Below, one piece after another: positions 40,086 through 52,986 of a stretch of 64,000 nucleotides of DNA. Position 1 is the first letter of the stretch; the number at the start of each line of letters is the position of its first letter. Under the pieces are notes generated by a model. It saw nothing but the letters and a program-made list of their open reading frames with translations. It searched no databases and was not told where the DNA came from. The stretch comes from Octopus vulgaris (taxonomy: Eukaryota). The translations under genes and the position numbers were made by a program. Location: contig OX597819.1 in NCBI GenBank assembly GCA_951406725.2, positions 102,362,001 through 102,426,000 of the forward strand, written 5' to 3'.

Positions 40086-40905
40086 CATTTCTTTTAATTG
40101 TTTCTGTCAATTCACTGCGGCCATGCTGGAGCACCGCCTTTAGTCGAAAAAATCGACCCCAGGACTTATTCTTTGTAAGCGAAGCACTTATTCTATCGGT
40201 GTCTTTTACCGAACCGCTAGGTTACGGGGACGGAAATGCACCAACATCGGTTGTAAAGCGATGTTGGGGGTACAAACACAGACACACAGACACACAAAAA
40301 CACACACATGCGCATATATATATATATATATATATATAAACGATGGGCTTCTTTCAGTTTCCGTCTACCAAATTCACTCACAAGGCTTTGGTCGGCCCGT
40401 GTCTATAGTAGAAGACAATTGCACAAAGTGCCACGCGGTGGGACTGAACCCGGAAACCATGTGGTTAGTAAGCAAGCTACTTACCACAAAGCCACGCAGG
40501 CGTTTAATATAAGAATATTTCTTTTATTCGTTTATTTGTTTCAGTCACTTGACAGCGGCAATACTGAAGCACCACCTTTAGTCGAAGAAATCGAGCCAGG
40601 ACTTATTATTTGTAAGCATATAACATATTCTATCAGTTACTGTAGACGAACCGTTAAGTTACGCGGGCGTATATGCACCAGCGTCGATTGTCAAGCGATG
40701 GTGGGGGAGACAAACACGGGCACATACACATACGCATACACACACATATATACATTGCTTTCAGTTTCCGTCTACCAAATCTACTCATATGTCCTCGGTC
40801 GGCCCGAGGCTACAGTAGAAGACACTTGCCCAAGGTATCACGCAGTGGGACTGAACTCGGAACCATGTGGTTAGGAAGCAAGCTGCTTACCACACAGCCA
40901 CTCCT
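40086..40905 (-). mobile_element. Two tandem head-to-tail SINE family A copies (40086-40503, 40520-40905)
   Basis: Both collinear with the reverse complement of 17516-17914. Confidence 0.9.
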
Positions 40906-40941
40906 ATGTGTGTGTGTGTGTGTGTGCGTACGTGCATGTGC

Positions 40942-41005
<64 letters not shown>

Positions 41006-41024
41006 GGAGATAGATAGATAAACC

Positions 41025-41086
<62 letters not shown>

Positions 41087-41768
41087 TTGTGTGCGAGTAT
41101 GAGTCAGCAACGACTATATAACTGAAGGTCAGTGTCTGTATATTTATAGGTGTGGTTGCTGACCGAATTCAGTTTTATAATAAATAAATGGAGAAAATAA
41201 ATGCAAAAATATGAGATAACAACAGCACTGTAGGCCATTCACTGTGAACCAGCATATATTAGCTTATATATACAAACTTAGACACACACACACATACATG
41301 AATATATATATATATATATATATATATAATAAATGCATGCATATACAAGCACGCACAAGTATGTATATGGAAACTTTATACGTGCATTAAATGAATATGT
41401 ATATGTATATAATTTTCCGCTTGTTAGTGAAAAGACTTTGTACGTATGTAAGCGTATGTGTATGCGTGCCTGCTTCTGCGTGTTTGCGTGAGTGCCTCTT
41501 TGTGTGTATGTGTTTGCGTGTGTGTGTGTGAGTGTATGTGTGTGTGTGGATACATATGTTATCTCTGTGTGTGTATTATTATAATTGCATCGTTTAATGG
41601 CTTGCAGTTGCAGGCCCTATATATGCGTGAGAATGTCATTTTCGGGAGATAATTTTAGAATGATTTTCCGAAAGTGTATAAGCGTGTACGTGTTAATATA
41701 TATATATATACATGCACGCGCGCGCACACACACACATACACACATACATGCACACATGTATACACGCA

Positions 41769-41990
41769 TACGAGATACATTCAAAAAGTATCTGACATCG
41801 TGTTTTCCCGCCAAATGTTATGCCATTGGGAAAAAATTTTGGTTGGGTGGTGATGCCATTCTTCCTGCGTGTACGGAAAAATTTTCGCCCGGGTAGACTA
41901 CGTCAATTCCAGGCTGCTACACGAAAAGTGCAGCCGTGTTGTGCGCACTCACTGGATTTTTGTTTCTGTTGAACGCATGTAGTGGAGATA
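41769..41990. mobile_element. Probable mariner terminal segment
   Basis: TA-CGAGATACATTCAAAAAGTATC resembles mariner TIRs of the TACGAGG...TCAAAAAGT type. Confidence 0.5.
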
Positions 41991-42070
41991 ACGCAAGAAA
42001 ATATGCCACAAGCTTAACCCAGAACTCTAATTGTTGGGGACCAAACTTGTTACCTACTGTTATGCATGCG

Positions 42071-42106
<36 letters not shown>

Positions 42107-42216
42107 TGATAGAATAAAATACCGCAAAGTTAATTGAAACTTTAAGCTTTATATAACATATATGTGCTTCAGTAAATTGATTTTCTTAAGACTGAACTAC
42201 AAATTATATTTCCTGT

Positions 42217-42364
42217 GTATAAGTAGCTTGCTTACCAGTCACATGGTTTCGGGTTCAGTCCCACTGCGTGGCACTTTGGGCAGGTGTCTTCTACTATAGC
42301 CTCGGGCCGACCAAAGCCTTGTGAGTGGATTTGGTAGACGGAAACTGAACGAAGCTCATCGTAA

Positions 42365-42427
<63 letters not shown>

Positions 42428-42566
42428 GTGTGTGTGTATGTGTGTGATTTTGCGTGTCTGTGTTTGTCCTAACAACATCGCTTGACAACCGATGCCGGTG
42501 TGTTTACATCCCCGTAGCTTAGCATTTCGGCAAAAGAGACCGATAGAATAAGTACCAGGTTTTCAA
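42217..42566 (+). mobile_element. SINE family A, 3'-truncated
   Basis: Collinear with 17520-17820. Confidence 0.9.
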
Positions 42567-42584
42567 AAAAACAAAGACAACTGA

Positions 42585-43035
42585 CACCATGACCTTGCCA
42601 GCTGAAGGAATGACCTGGCCTTCTTTGGGGTAGGAGATGTGTGCTTCCACTGCTTTGATTGTTCTTTGGGTTCAGGCTGGTAGTGATGAAACCAAATTTT
42701 GTCCATAGTAATAAAACGAGCAAGAAAATTCTCTTCATCGGCTTCAAACAGTTCTAGTTAGCTCGTGGTCAAAATGCACCTGGTGCGTTTCTGTTCAGGA
42801 GTCAAAAGGCGTGGGACCCACCTTGCAGAAACCTTCGAGAACCCAAGTTCTTTTGTCTCAATGTTGTCTGCTCTTTCATTTGAGATGCCCAGTCTCTCAG
42901 TTATCTGGTGACATGATATTCGATGATCTTGCATTATCTTACCATGAGCGAGGTCAATATTGTTCTCGGTGGTTGCAGTTGGAGGCCTCCCTGGTGTGGG
43001 ATCATCCTCCACACTCTCCCTGCCACGCTGGAAAT
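42585..43035 (-). mobile_element. Mariner transposase fragment
   Basis: EDDPTPGRP..ELGFSKVSARWVPRLLTPEQK, then after a frameshift FLARFITMDKIWFHHYQPEPKEQSKQW. Confidence 0.92.
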
Positions 43036-43172
43036 CATTTATATATATATATGTGTGTGTGTGTGTATGTGTGTGTGTGTGCGTGCGTGTGTGTGTGCGT
43101 GTGTGTGTATGTGTATGTGTGTGTGTGTATAGATAGATAGATAGCTAGACAGACAGACAGACAGACAGACAA

Positions 43173-43223
<51 letters not shown>

Positions 43224-43429
43224 CACACAAACTGGTGTGTCTGTGTATTCACATACTCTTGGGTGAATGGCTCTATGGGAAGTGTCGGGGAATAAGGAAC
43301 GTTCTATGTTGCAATTTGCTTGATTAGACATTTTATTATGTAGAATGGAGTGAATACATTTAGTTGTAGAATACAACACTGAGAAGCAGCAGTAATGGAA
43401 GAATGGAAACATATTCATAACGGTGGTAC

Positions 43430-43965
<536 letters not shown>

Positions 43966-44131
43966 TTGTCAATGCTACATACCGCAACAGAACAATAGCA
44001 ACAACAAAATTTACAAATTTACCAATGATGTAACGTTCATTGATATCGTAACTTTAATTTTTCTTGTCTCTAATTTTAACTCTCTACATAATATATGAAT
44101 GTGTGTGCGTGTGTGTGTGCGTGTGTGTGTA

Positions 44132-44368
44132 CAGGGCAGCCCAAATGTAGTTTTACAGTTATCACGTAGGTACTTTAAATTTCTTTTAAAACATTTTATT
44201 TCATTTAACTTTCTATCTTACAAACTCAAAGAGGAGCTTGACAAAAGTAATTAAATTAGCATAGAATAATGGTTTCATATTTTTTTTCATAATTAAGATC
44301 TAAGCTTTTAATATATGAAAGCGAAAGAGATAGTCGAATAACTGTAAACCTACTGTTGGGCAACCATA
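44132..44368. mobile_element. Tc1/mariner-type MITE (~237 bp)
   Basis: Imperfect TIRs CAGGGCAGCCCAAATGTAGTTTTACAGTTA and TAACTGTAAACCTACTGTTGGGCAACC, flanked by TA. Confidence 0.75.
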
Positions 44369-44385
44369 TATATATATATATATAC

Positions 44386-44494
44386 AATTCACCAAATGCC
44401 ACGGATCAGTGAAAATTTCTGATAATAGTGTATCACGGCCAACGGTGATGCCCCAACATAACCACAGCTTTCAAGCTGAAATGATTTAAAGATT
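44386..44494 (+). mobile_element. CR1-Zenon-like LINE extreme 3' end
   Basis: IHQMPRISENF* then GGTGATGCCCCAACATAACCACAGC...GCTGAAA; related tails at 27555-27598 (-) and 60926-60975 (+). Confidence 0.55.
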
Positions 44495-44529
44495 TATATT
44501 TTTAGGTATGTATGTATGTATCTGTAGGC

Positions 44530-44593
<64 letters not shown>

Positions 44594-44626
44594 GTATGTT
44601 TGTATGTATGTGTGTGTGTACGCGTG

Positions 44627-44657
<31 letters not shown>

Positions 44658-44999
44658 TTGTGTGTGTGTGTGTGTGTGTGTATAGATAGCTAAATAGAGA
44701 TTCATATACAGATTTTCTTATATGTGGATATGTGGGTGCATGTATATATGTGTGTGGACTTATTTGTATGTGTGTGTCTGTGTCCATATCGTTCTCTCTA
44801 AGTATGTGTCTGTCTCTCTACATATATAAAAATATATACACACATGTATATATACATATATACACACACATATATGCATGCATGTGTATATTCATACAAT
44901 TGCAGTCACGTAACCGCACTCACAAGTACACATGTATCTCTCTCTATTCTTGTCTGTCTCTAATGCTTTTACTGTATTGGCGAAGTTAAATTCAATGAT

Positions 45000-45340
45000 G
45001 AGAATGATAATGATGACCACAATGTAGAAGACGAAGAAGAAGAAGAAGAAGAAGAAGGAGAAGAAGAAGAAGAAGAAGAAGAAGAAGAAGAACAACAACA
45101 ACAACAACAACAACAGCAACAACAACAACAGCAACAACAACAATAACAACAGCAAGAACAAGAACAAGATGAGGATGATGGTGACGAAGGGGAATAAAAT
45201 GATGAAGAGGAGGGCGTCGAAGATGACGATGACAACGATGACGAAGATGATGAAAACGATAGCAGCGGCGGTAATGGCGATGAGAAGGACGATGATGATG
45301 ATAGATATTATTATCATCATCATCATCATCATTATTATTA

Positions 45341-45407
<67 letters not shown>

Positions 45408-45415
45408 CATTATTA

Positions 45416-45479
<64 letters not shown>

Positions 45480-45481
45480 CA

Positions 45482-45535
<54 letters not shown>

Positions 45536-45570
45536 CATCGTCGTTGTCATCATCATCATCATCATCATGT
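45000..45570. repeat. Compound trinucleotide microsatellite (GAA, CAA, GAT, ATT/ATC)
   Basis: Direct inspection. Confidence 0.96.
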
Positions 45571-46149
45571 TGAGATGCGTGTACATTGCAGATTCCCAAT
45601 GTACTTTGAATATAGGTAGAGTGGGGGTGAGAACATTGAGTCGCGGAGATCGATCATAGCATGTAAATATTTACTCGCAAACAATTGTGGTGTGTAGACA
45701 TAGAACTCACTCTCTAAATTACAGCATGGTGTTGAGTTACACACACTAAGATCTAGTAAGACCCTGCATTGGATTCCACTGTTATTGATAATAGAATGGA
45801 TCACTAGAACTGGTTCAATGACACGTACACATAGGCACAATTATGCTTACATGAGGTCATGCATTTGTGTGTGTATGTCTGTATGCATGTACAAATGCAT
45901 GAGTATATATATATATATTTATATATATATGTATATATATATATGCATTGTATGTAGTCAGTGTATGTATATATGCTGTCTATTTTTATGTATGCGTGTT
46001 TGTATGGGTATATGTATGTGTGTTCATGTATACACGTATGCGTCAACGTATGTAGGCATGCGTGTATGTTGTTAACATGTCTATATATAAATATGTATGT
46101 GTGTGTGTGTATATATACATATATACACATGCATACATATGTCTCTATG

Positions 46150-46230
<81 letters not shown>

Positions 46231-46236
46231 ATGTAT

Positions 46237-46278
46237 ATCAAAATAAGCAACAAGGATATCCTTGTTGCTTATTTTGAT
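46237..46278. repeat. Perfect 42-bp palindrome
   Basis: ATCAAAATAAGCAACAAGGAT-ATCCTTGTTGCTTATTTTGAT. Confidence 0.95.
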
Positions 46279-46619
46279 TTTAATCACCTTATTTTGAAAT
46301 TGTATGGATAATACCATACTAAATTCTGGTATACCATATTCATCTGAATCTATATATATATATATATTAACCGTTGGAATTGCAAACTTATTATAATATC
46401 GATGCAGTTCCTTTAGTGTCTTCACCTTACTATTCTTTGATTTAACTGTTTAAGAATTTCCATTAACTTTCTTTGCGGAGTTGTACTTTAATTTAGACTA
46501 GAACTATCTACTATCCAAGCTTTGATTGGATAATGAGGTTTTTATTCCATATATCCAATTATTTTCAAATGTTTTGTTGTTTAAATGTTTATTTCTCATT
46601 TATATTTAGCAAAGGTAAA

Positions 46620-47030
46620 TTATCTCTTATGCAAGCATCATAAAGCTTGTTCCTGTCTAGAATTTATTATATTATTCTTTGATGTAAAAATTTGGTAAAA
46701 TTCTTCTATACATTGATCACATTTATTGGTCTGTATGGTTTTGCAGTACTAATTCCCAGTTGATAGTACAGTCTTTGTTTTTGTCTTTAATAGGCCAGAT
46801 TAATTTACTTACACTTGTTTCGAATATTCTGTTTTTATCTCCCAATGAAATTAAATGATTAGCAAGTCTCTTTTAGAAAATTAGTGCAGTCATACCGATG
46901 TAAAAACATTCATTTCCCTCAGATGTAATTTTACATCTATGTATTACATTTTTAGTTTTACATTTATTATTCACATAATTGCAGAGATAATTCTTTTTCC
47001 ATATTTCGCTCATATTTAATATTATTTTGA
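46620..47030 (-). mobile_element. Penelope-like element, GIY-YIG C-terminal fragment
   Basis: LCNYVNNKCKTKNVIHRCKITSEGNECFYIGMT, then SKLIWPIKDKNKDCTINWEL and a DQCIEEFYQI segment, matching the PLE endonuclease end. Confidence 0.8.
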
Positions 47031-47034
47031 CGAA

Positions 47035-47190
47035 TAGGCATAAAAGTGGTAAGAAACTAGTTTCATAACCACATGGTTCCAGGTTAAGTCCTATTGCGTG
47101 GTACCTTGGGCAAGTGTCTTCTACTCTACCCTCGGGTTGACCAAAGCCTTTTGAGTGGATTTGGAAACTGAAAGAAGCCCGTCGTATATG
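47035..47190 (+). mobile_element. SINE family A, 5' half
   Basis: CACATGGTTCCAGGTTAAGTCC...CCTTGGGCAAGTGTCTTCTAC...GAAAGAAGCCCGTCG. Confidence 0.85.
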
Positions 47191-47195
47191 TATAT

Positions 47196-47249
<54 letters not shown>

Positions 47250-48588
47250 TTTAACAATCAGAAATTACTCAATACATTGTGTTGAGCCTAATTATACACA
47301 GTTCGCTGATACCGTAACTTAAATTTCGAAGCAGTGTGTGCAAACACACTCGCATTGTGTCACAAGAGGAGACATATCTTTATTAATGATTGTCCCTAAA
47401 CTTGAGTATTTGATTGACTTACTCAAGAAGTCAATAATTTTCGGCTGCAAAACGTTATTTTATTTCTCGGGGTAGGCAATAATGTCCTTATGGCGTCACG
47501 ATTTACTGATAGCAAAATGAGATTTATTTGATCGGCACCCGTATTTCATTCGTGCTTTTTCTTCTTCCTCGTTCATGGTAGTCTAGTCAGATTTTGTAAT
47601 TACAATCTCACGTGGATAACAATAACACAACGACAATTGTACATCTTTATTATATATATATATAATTCTCTATTTTATCGAGAGGCTGCTTTCTCTTTCT
47701 GGAGCTAAACGTATTTTGACAGAGACGCCTGTTACAACACATTTACCTGTATACCTAAACGAGCGAATGAGCCCTCACCGTCGTTGTCCCCCTCCTCCTC
47801 TTTGATTCCTTCTTCTCTCCTTTCCCCTCCTTTTCCCCGTTCTTCTTTTCCTTCCAATTTTCCTCATTATCATCACACAGCTATAGTAGCAGACATCTTC
47901 AGTCTTTCTCACCCATTGCAGCTGTACTTCCGTGGTTGAAAGTTTATACCTGTTCATTAGCGAATTAGTGTACTGTATAAAATCTATTCTTAAATGTATC
48001 TTTGGTTAACCCGATACTCACCTATAACGTACGGTCCGATGATTCTACATTGATTTGTATATCATGTTAATTATACATATTTTTCATACGATTAGGCATA
48101 CGATTACAACTAGCTTGACAGAATTTTAGTTGAAGATTTTGTTATATTCGTACATGCTGGGAAAGCACATAATGACTAATTTAAGGAAGATTGTGGCTGC
48201 ATTTGTAGATATATCTAAATGATGGGAAAGAATAAACCAAATCAATTCTCCAAAGCTACGTTTAATGGTATTTCTTTTAGATCTTCTCTGTATATCAGAT
48301 TAAAGCTGTTTAAGACAGATCCGTAGAATATTCTTCAGTGAAGTGGCAGAACACATACGCATCAACCACTATATTCTTTATGTATACACACATTAACATC
48401 GGTGTGTGTTTTTATTAAGAATTTAATTGGAAACATGCTTCAAAGTATAACTAATATTCTTCCTTGTATTACATGGGTGATTTCATCTAAGACGCTCACA
48501 TTCGCTCACAAACGTGTGTTTGTGTATATCAGTAGCCACTACACACATTTTTTCTCCTTTTTTTCTCTCCTTGTTTTTTTGGTGTCCA

Positions 48589-48622
48589 TTTCTGTAGAAG
48601 AGCGTAGGCTCGAAACGTAAAA
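48589..48622 (+). ncRNA. Minimal hammerhead-like motif in a family F-related repeat (~48545-48705)
   Basis: TTT-CTGTAGA-A-GAGC-GTAG-GCTC-GAAA-CG-TA-AAA: perfect 4-bp stem II; core position A6 is T. Confidence 0.62.
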
Positions 48623-48701
48623 GACTTTTTCTATTCCTGAGCGTTACATCTGTTTTGTACACAACCTGTCTTCGTCTTTTGTTTCTTTCGTGAACTCTCT
48701 C

Positions 48702-48829
<128 letters not shown>

Positions 48830-49267
48830 ATGTGCGTGTGTGTTTGTGCGTGCATGTATTAAGTGAAATCACCTAAGTAAAATGAACGAGAAAATGAGTT
48901 AAGTAAGTGGCAATCAAGCAAATATCGACAGTTAGACAACTTTAAGAACATAACAGACAAAAAATGAAATTGAAACGAAGCAATTACTTAAAGAACGTGT
49001 GCACTAGAAATAAATGTGCCCAATAAAGGGATAGAAAGTGATCTTACGTTTCGTGTAGCAGTCTTTATCAAAATGAATGTAAAGCAATAAGACGATGGAA
49101 AAGAAAAGAACTGGAAACGACAGCAACATGTTTACATTACCTGTCTGGTGTAAAAAGGAAGTTGGGACACACACATGTATATATGCTCATATACATGCAC
49201 ATTTATGTGATCTTCCCTGTCATCTGTGTGCATACTCAGATACACACAATTACATACATACACATAG

Positions 49268-49300
<33 letters not shown>

Positions 49301-49652
49301 AGTGAATGTATATGAGCGTATACACGCAGAAGACAGGAAAGATCATATAAATATGCGTGGATATGTGCCGCGTTGTATTTATATGATATCGAACCACTTA
49401 ACTGTATTAATTAAAGAGAATGGAAGAGAACTCCCTTCCTATTATTGATGCTCACTGCTATTTTATTTACATCGTGATGATACAACACTAAACGACCTCA
49501 AATCTAATGGAAGTTAGAAATAACTAAAAGAAAAACATATATACTATGAAGTATGAAATAAGAAAATAGATAAAGATATATAAGCTTATACATATATACA
49601 TACATACAAATACATATGCGTATTTATATGCAGGCATAAATATATACATACA

Positions 49653-49712
<60 letters not shown>

Positions 49713-49722
49713 TATATATATA

Positions 49723-49771
<49 letters not shown>

Positions 49772-50377
49772 GTATATATACTTACATATATATATATGTA
49801 GGTATATATACACACACACACTAACCCACACTCACATACACACGCACACACATATATATATAAAGATTACGTAAAAAATATATTCACTTGGGTTTGTCTC
49901 AGACAATAACAAAGGTGGAAAAACATACTTAAAAAGGTAAAATACTACATAAATAAATTGAATGAACTATTATAATATATTGTAAGGGAAGTAATTTAAT
50001 AATAAATAAATAGACATCTCGAAGACAAATAGGTGATAAAAAGACAGAGAAGTAATTCTTTTAATCTCTTTGTCCGGACGGGAAAATCTAATTAAAATTG
50101 TTTTATTATTTTTTATCATTTTAGTTGTGAAAATTACAATGAACAATAGGTTAATGATGAGATAACTAGTTTTAATCATGAATTTCTTCTCATCTATATA
50201 TGTATACATGCTTACATGTATGTACATATATATCTATATATATTATTATATTATTACTATCATTACAACATATATCATTGCATATATATGTATGTATGGA
50301 CACACACACATACACAGATTCACGTATAAATGAATTTATATATATATATACATATATATATGTATCTCTTTCCGTCA

Positions 50378-50435
<58 letters not shown>

Positions 50436-51024
50436 ATACAGAGAGAAAGAGAGGGAGAGAGAGAAAGAGAGAACGAGAGGTACATGGATAGATAGATTTA
50501 TAAATAGATAGACGTGTTTTATTATATACATATATATATATATGTATATGTATGTATGTAGGTATGCATGTATGTATGTATGTATGTAGGCATATATGCA
50601 TGCATGTACGTATGCATGTATGTATGCATGCTTTTATGTATATATGTATGTTTGAATGTATGTATGCATGAATGTATGCATGTACGTACGTACGTACGTA
50701 CGTATGTATAAATCTTTGAGTGTGTGTATGAAATTGATGCGTTCGTTCTGCATCCCAGACTGGCTAGAAACCATAAGCTTGTTGTTGAAATTTTCTAAAG
50801 AATAGCAGATTATATCTTTGAATATTGTCTGCTGTGGTGTTCATCAATGACTTGCTCTGAACCATCTCCCAAACACAAACAACTCTCCGCCCCCAGCAAA
50901 TAGAAATAAAAGTCCAACAACTTATAACAATGGAGCAAAAGTACCATTTCCTTTAAGGCCTTCTGTTGTAATATATTTTTTTTTGTCTACCGTGTTATGA
51001 TGAAAAAAATAAAGTGGGAGTGAG

Positions 51025-51174
51025 ACTAATGGCTTTGCGAACCTACAGCACAGACTACCACCATACTATTCCGACATGTAATGGTACATCTTGTAAGAAC
51101 TAATGGCTTTGCGAACCTACAGCACAGACTACCACCATACTATTCCGACATGTAATGGTACATCTTGTAAGAAC
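51025..51174. repeat. Exact 74-bp tandem duplication
   Basis: ACTAATGGCTTTGCGAACC...TTGTAAGAAC at 51025 and 51099. Confidence 0.95.
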
Positions 51175-51544
51175 GAATGTCGGCCTTATATCTGTACATC
51201 TGTCGGTGTCACTGCAGTTCTAGAAAATGTTGTCTCGTTTAAAGAGCAAACGTTGCACTTCATTTACTTTAATCATTGAAAATATATATCCTGATAATAT
51301 GCCTGGATTAATCAAATTGTTGCTACTTCCCTATTTTCAATTTTTCCTTTTCTTTTGTTTGTTTCCTTGATATATCTGTTTCGGATGAGTCGGAGAAATA
51401 GCGTTTTCAGGATGTCGGTCTAGTTGTGTTATCTTCTGTTGTTTACGTCTAAATGTTTGAAAGTGATGTTATGTTATATGGCTATCTAATTCGTCGCGAT
51501 AACAAACAGTTCCCAACGCATACCCACGTTATTCGTTTACATTT

Positions 51545-51808
51545 TTATTTTTTATGCGTCCTTTTCTAGCCTAACCAGGTTCATGGGCCCGGTTTCCCGG
51601 TTTCTATCGCGTATCTTTTCCCCCCAGCTTGACGGGACGCCAGTCCATCGCAGCGTTACTTAAGGAACAGGAAGAAAAAGTGAGAGAAAGTTGGGGCGAA
51701 AGAGTACAACAGGGAGCTTCGTGAAGCTTTAGGAGTTTTCACTCAATAAACCACGATCCTCCTACCGCGAGTCCGCTGCCCTAATCACTGGGCCATTGTG
51801 CCTCCACT
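51545..51808 (-). mobile_element. SINE family C with V-domain-like core
   Basis: Minus: TGGCCCAGTGATTAGGGCAGCGGACTCGCGG head and CTGCGATGGACTGGCGTCCCGTC, resembling the V-SINE conserved domain; A-rich tail. Confidence 0.8.
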
Positions 51809-52239
51809 TTGTTTACATTTATTTTTGTTATTTTAAAATTGCCCGTCAAATAGACTGGCGGTGGCGTGAGACGGTCTAAATAGCTTTTATGTGTCAATTA
51901 TATTCATAATATAAACCAATCATAGCTAAAAATTACAGGTTGATGAGGCAAGAGAACCAATAAAAGCGCCAAACAAAATGCTCCTAGTGCATAGTTAACA
52001 ATATCAATTTTGCTGAAGTGAAATTTCCTAGCCCCATGGTTGAAATAATAAATGCCACATATGTACTTGGCTGTATACCTTTCCCCAATCATCAATTCTA
52101 CATATTTTAGCGATGTATCACTTCAGACAGTTTAAGCAAGTAAGCATACATATTTTTTTATAGATAATTGAATTATTAATTAGCGTATACACAGCTATAC
52201 ACACAGAAGCACACGCACATACTATTACAGTTAGAATTA

Positions 52240-52432
52240 AGGCAGTGAGCTCGCAGATCCGTTAGCATGTCGGACAAAATACTAAGAGGCATTTCGTTTC
52301 GTGAGGACAACTTTGCCTTTCATGGTTTCCGGGTCAATAAAATAACTACCAGTCAAGTACTGGCGTCGATGTAATCGACAAGTCCTCTCCCGCAAAAGTT
52401 CAGGCCCTGTGCCTGTAGTTGAAAGGAATATT
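52240..52432 (+). mobile_element. SINE family B with alternative tail
   Basis: Head and core as family B but tail CAGGCCCTGTGCCTGTAGTTGAAAGGAATATT; similar copies at 3700-3820 (+) and 56003-56157 (-). Confidence 0.75.
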
Positions 52433-52618
52433 ACACTTTGACTTAAAAGGTGAGAAAAGTTTTGAGTGGTTTTATATTTTGATGCAATTGTTTAAGTTCT
52501 CCTTTGTGTTGTTTTACCAGACAAAGGTATTGCAACTAAGTAACTAAGTGTAAGCATATATTAGGGTGCGTACACCCATTCATATGTGCATGTACACTCG
52601 CACACACACATACAGATG

Positions 52619-52659
<41 letters not shown>

Positions 52660-52669
52660 GTATGCACAT

Positions 52670-52719
<50 letters not shown>

Positions 52720-52945
52720 CGTTGTGTGTATGTTTATGTTCATTTCTCAGTCTCCATTTGTCCAAGGTTCTATCTCGTTATTTATTTATTCATCTATCCA
52801 TTTATCATCCTGTCTATTTATCTATGTAACTAATCACCTATTTATCTTTGCATCACTCTGTCCCATCTCCCTTTTCACCTATCTATCTATCTCACTCACT
52901 CACTCACTCATTCACTCTCTTTATATATATATATATATATGTATG

Positions 52946-52986
<41 letters not shown>

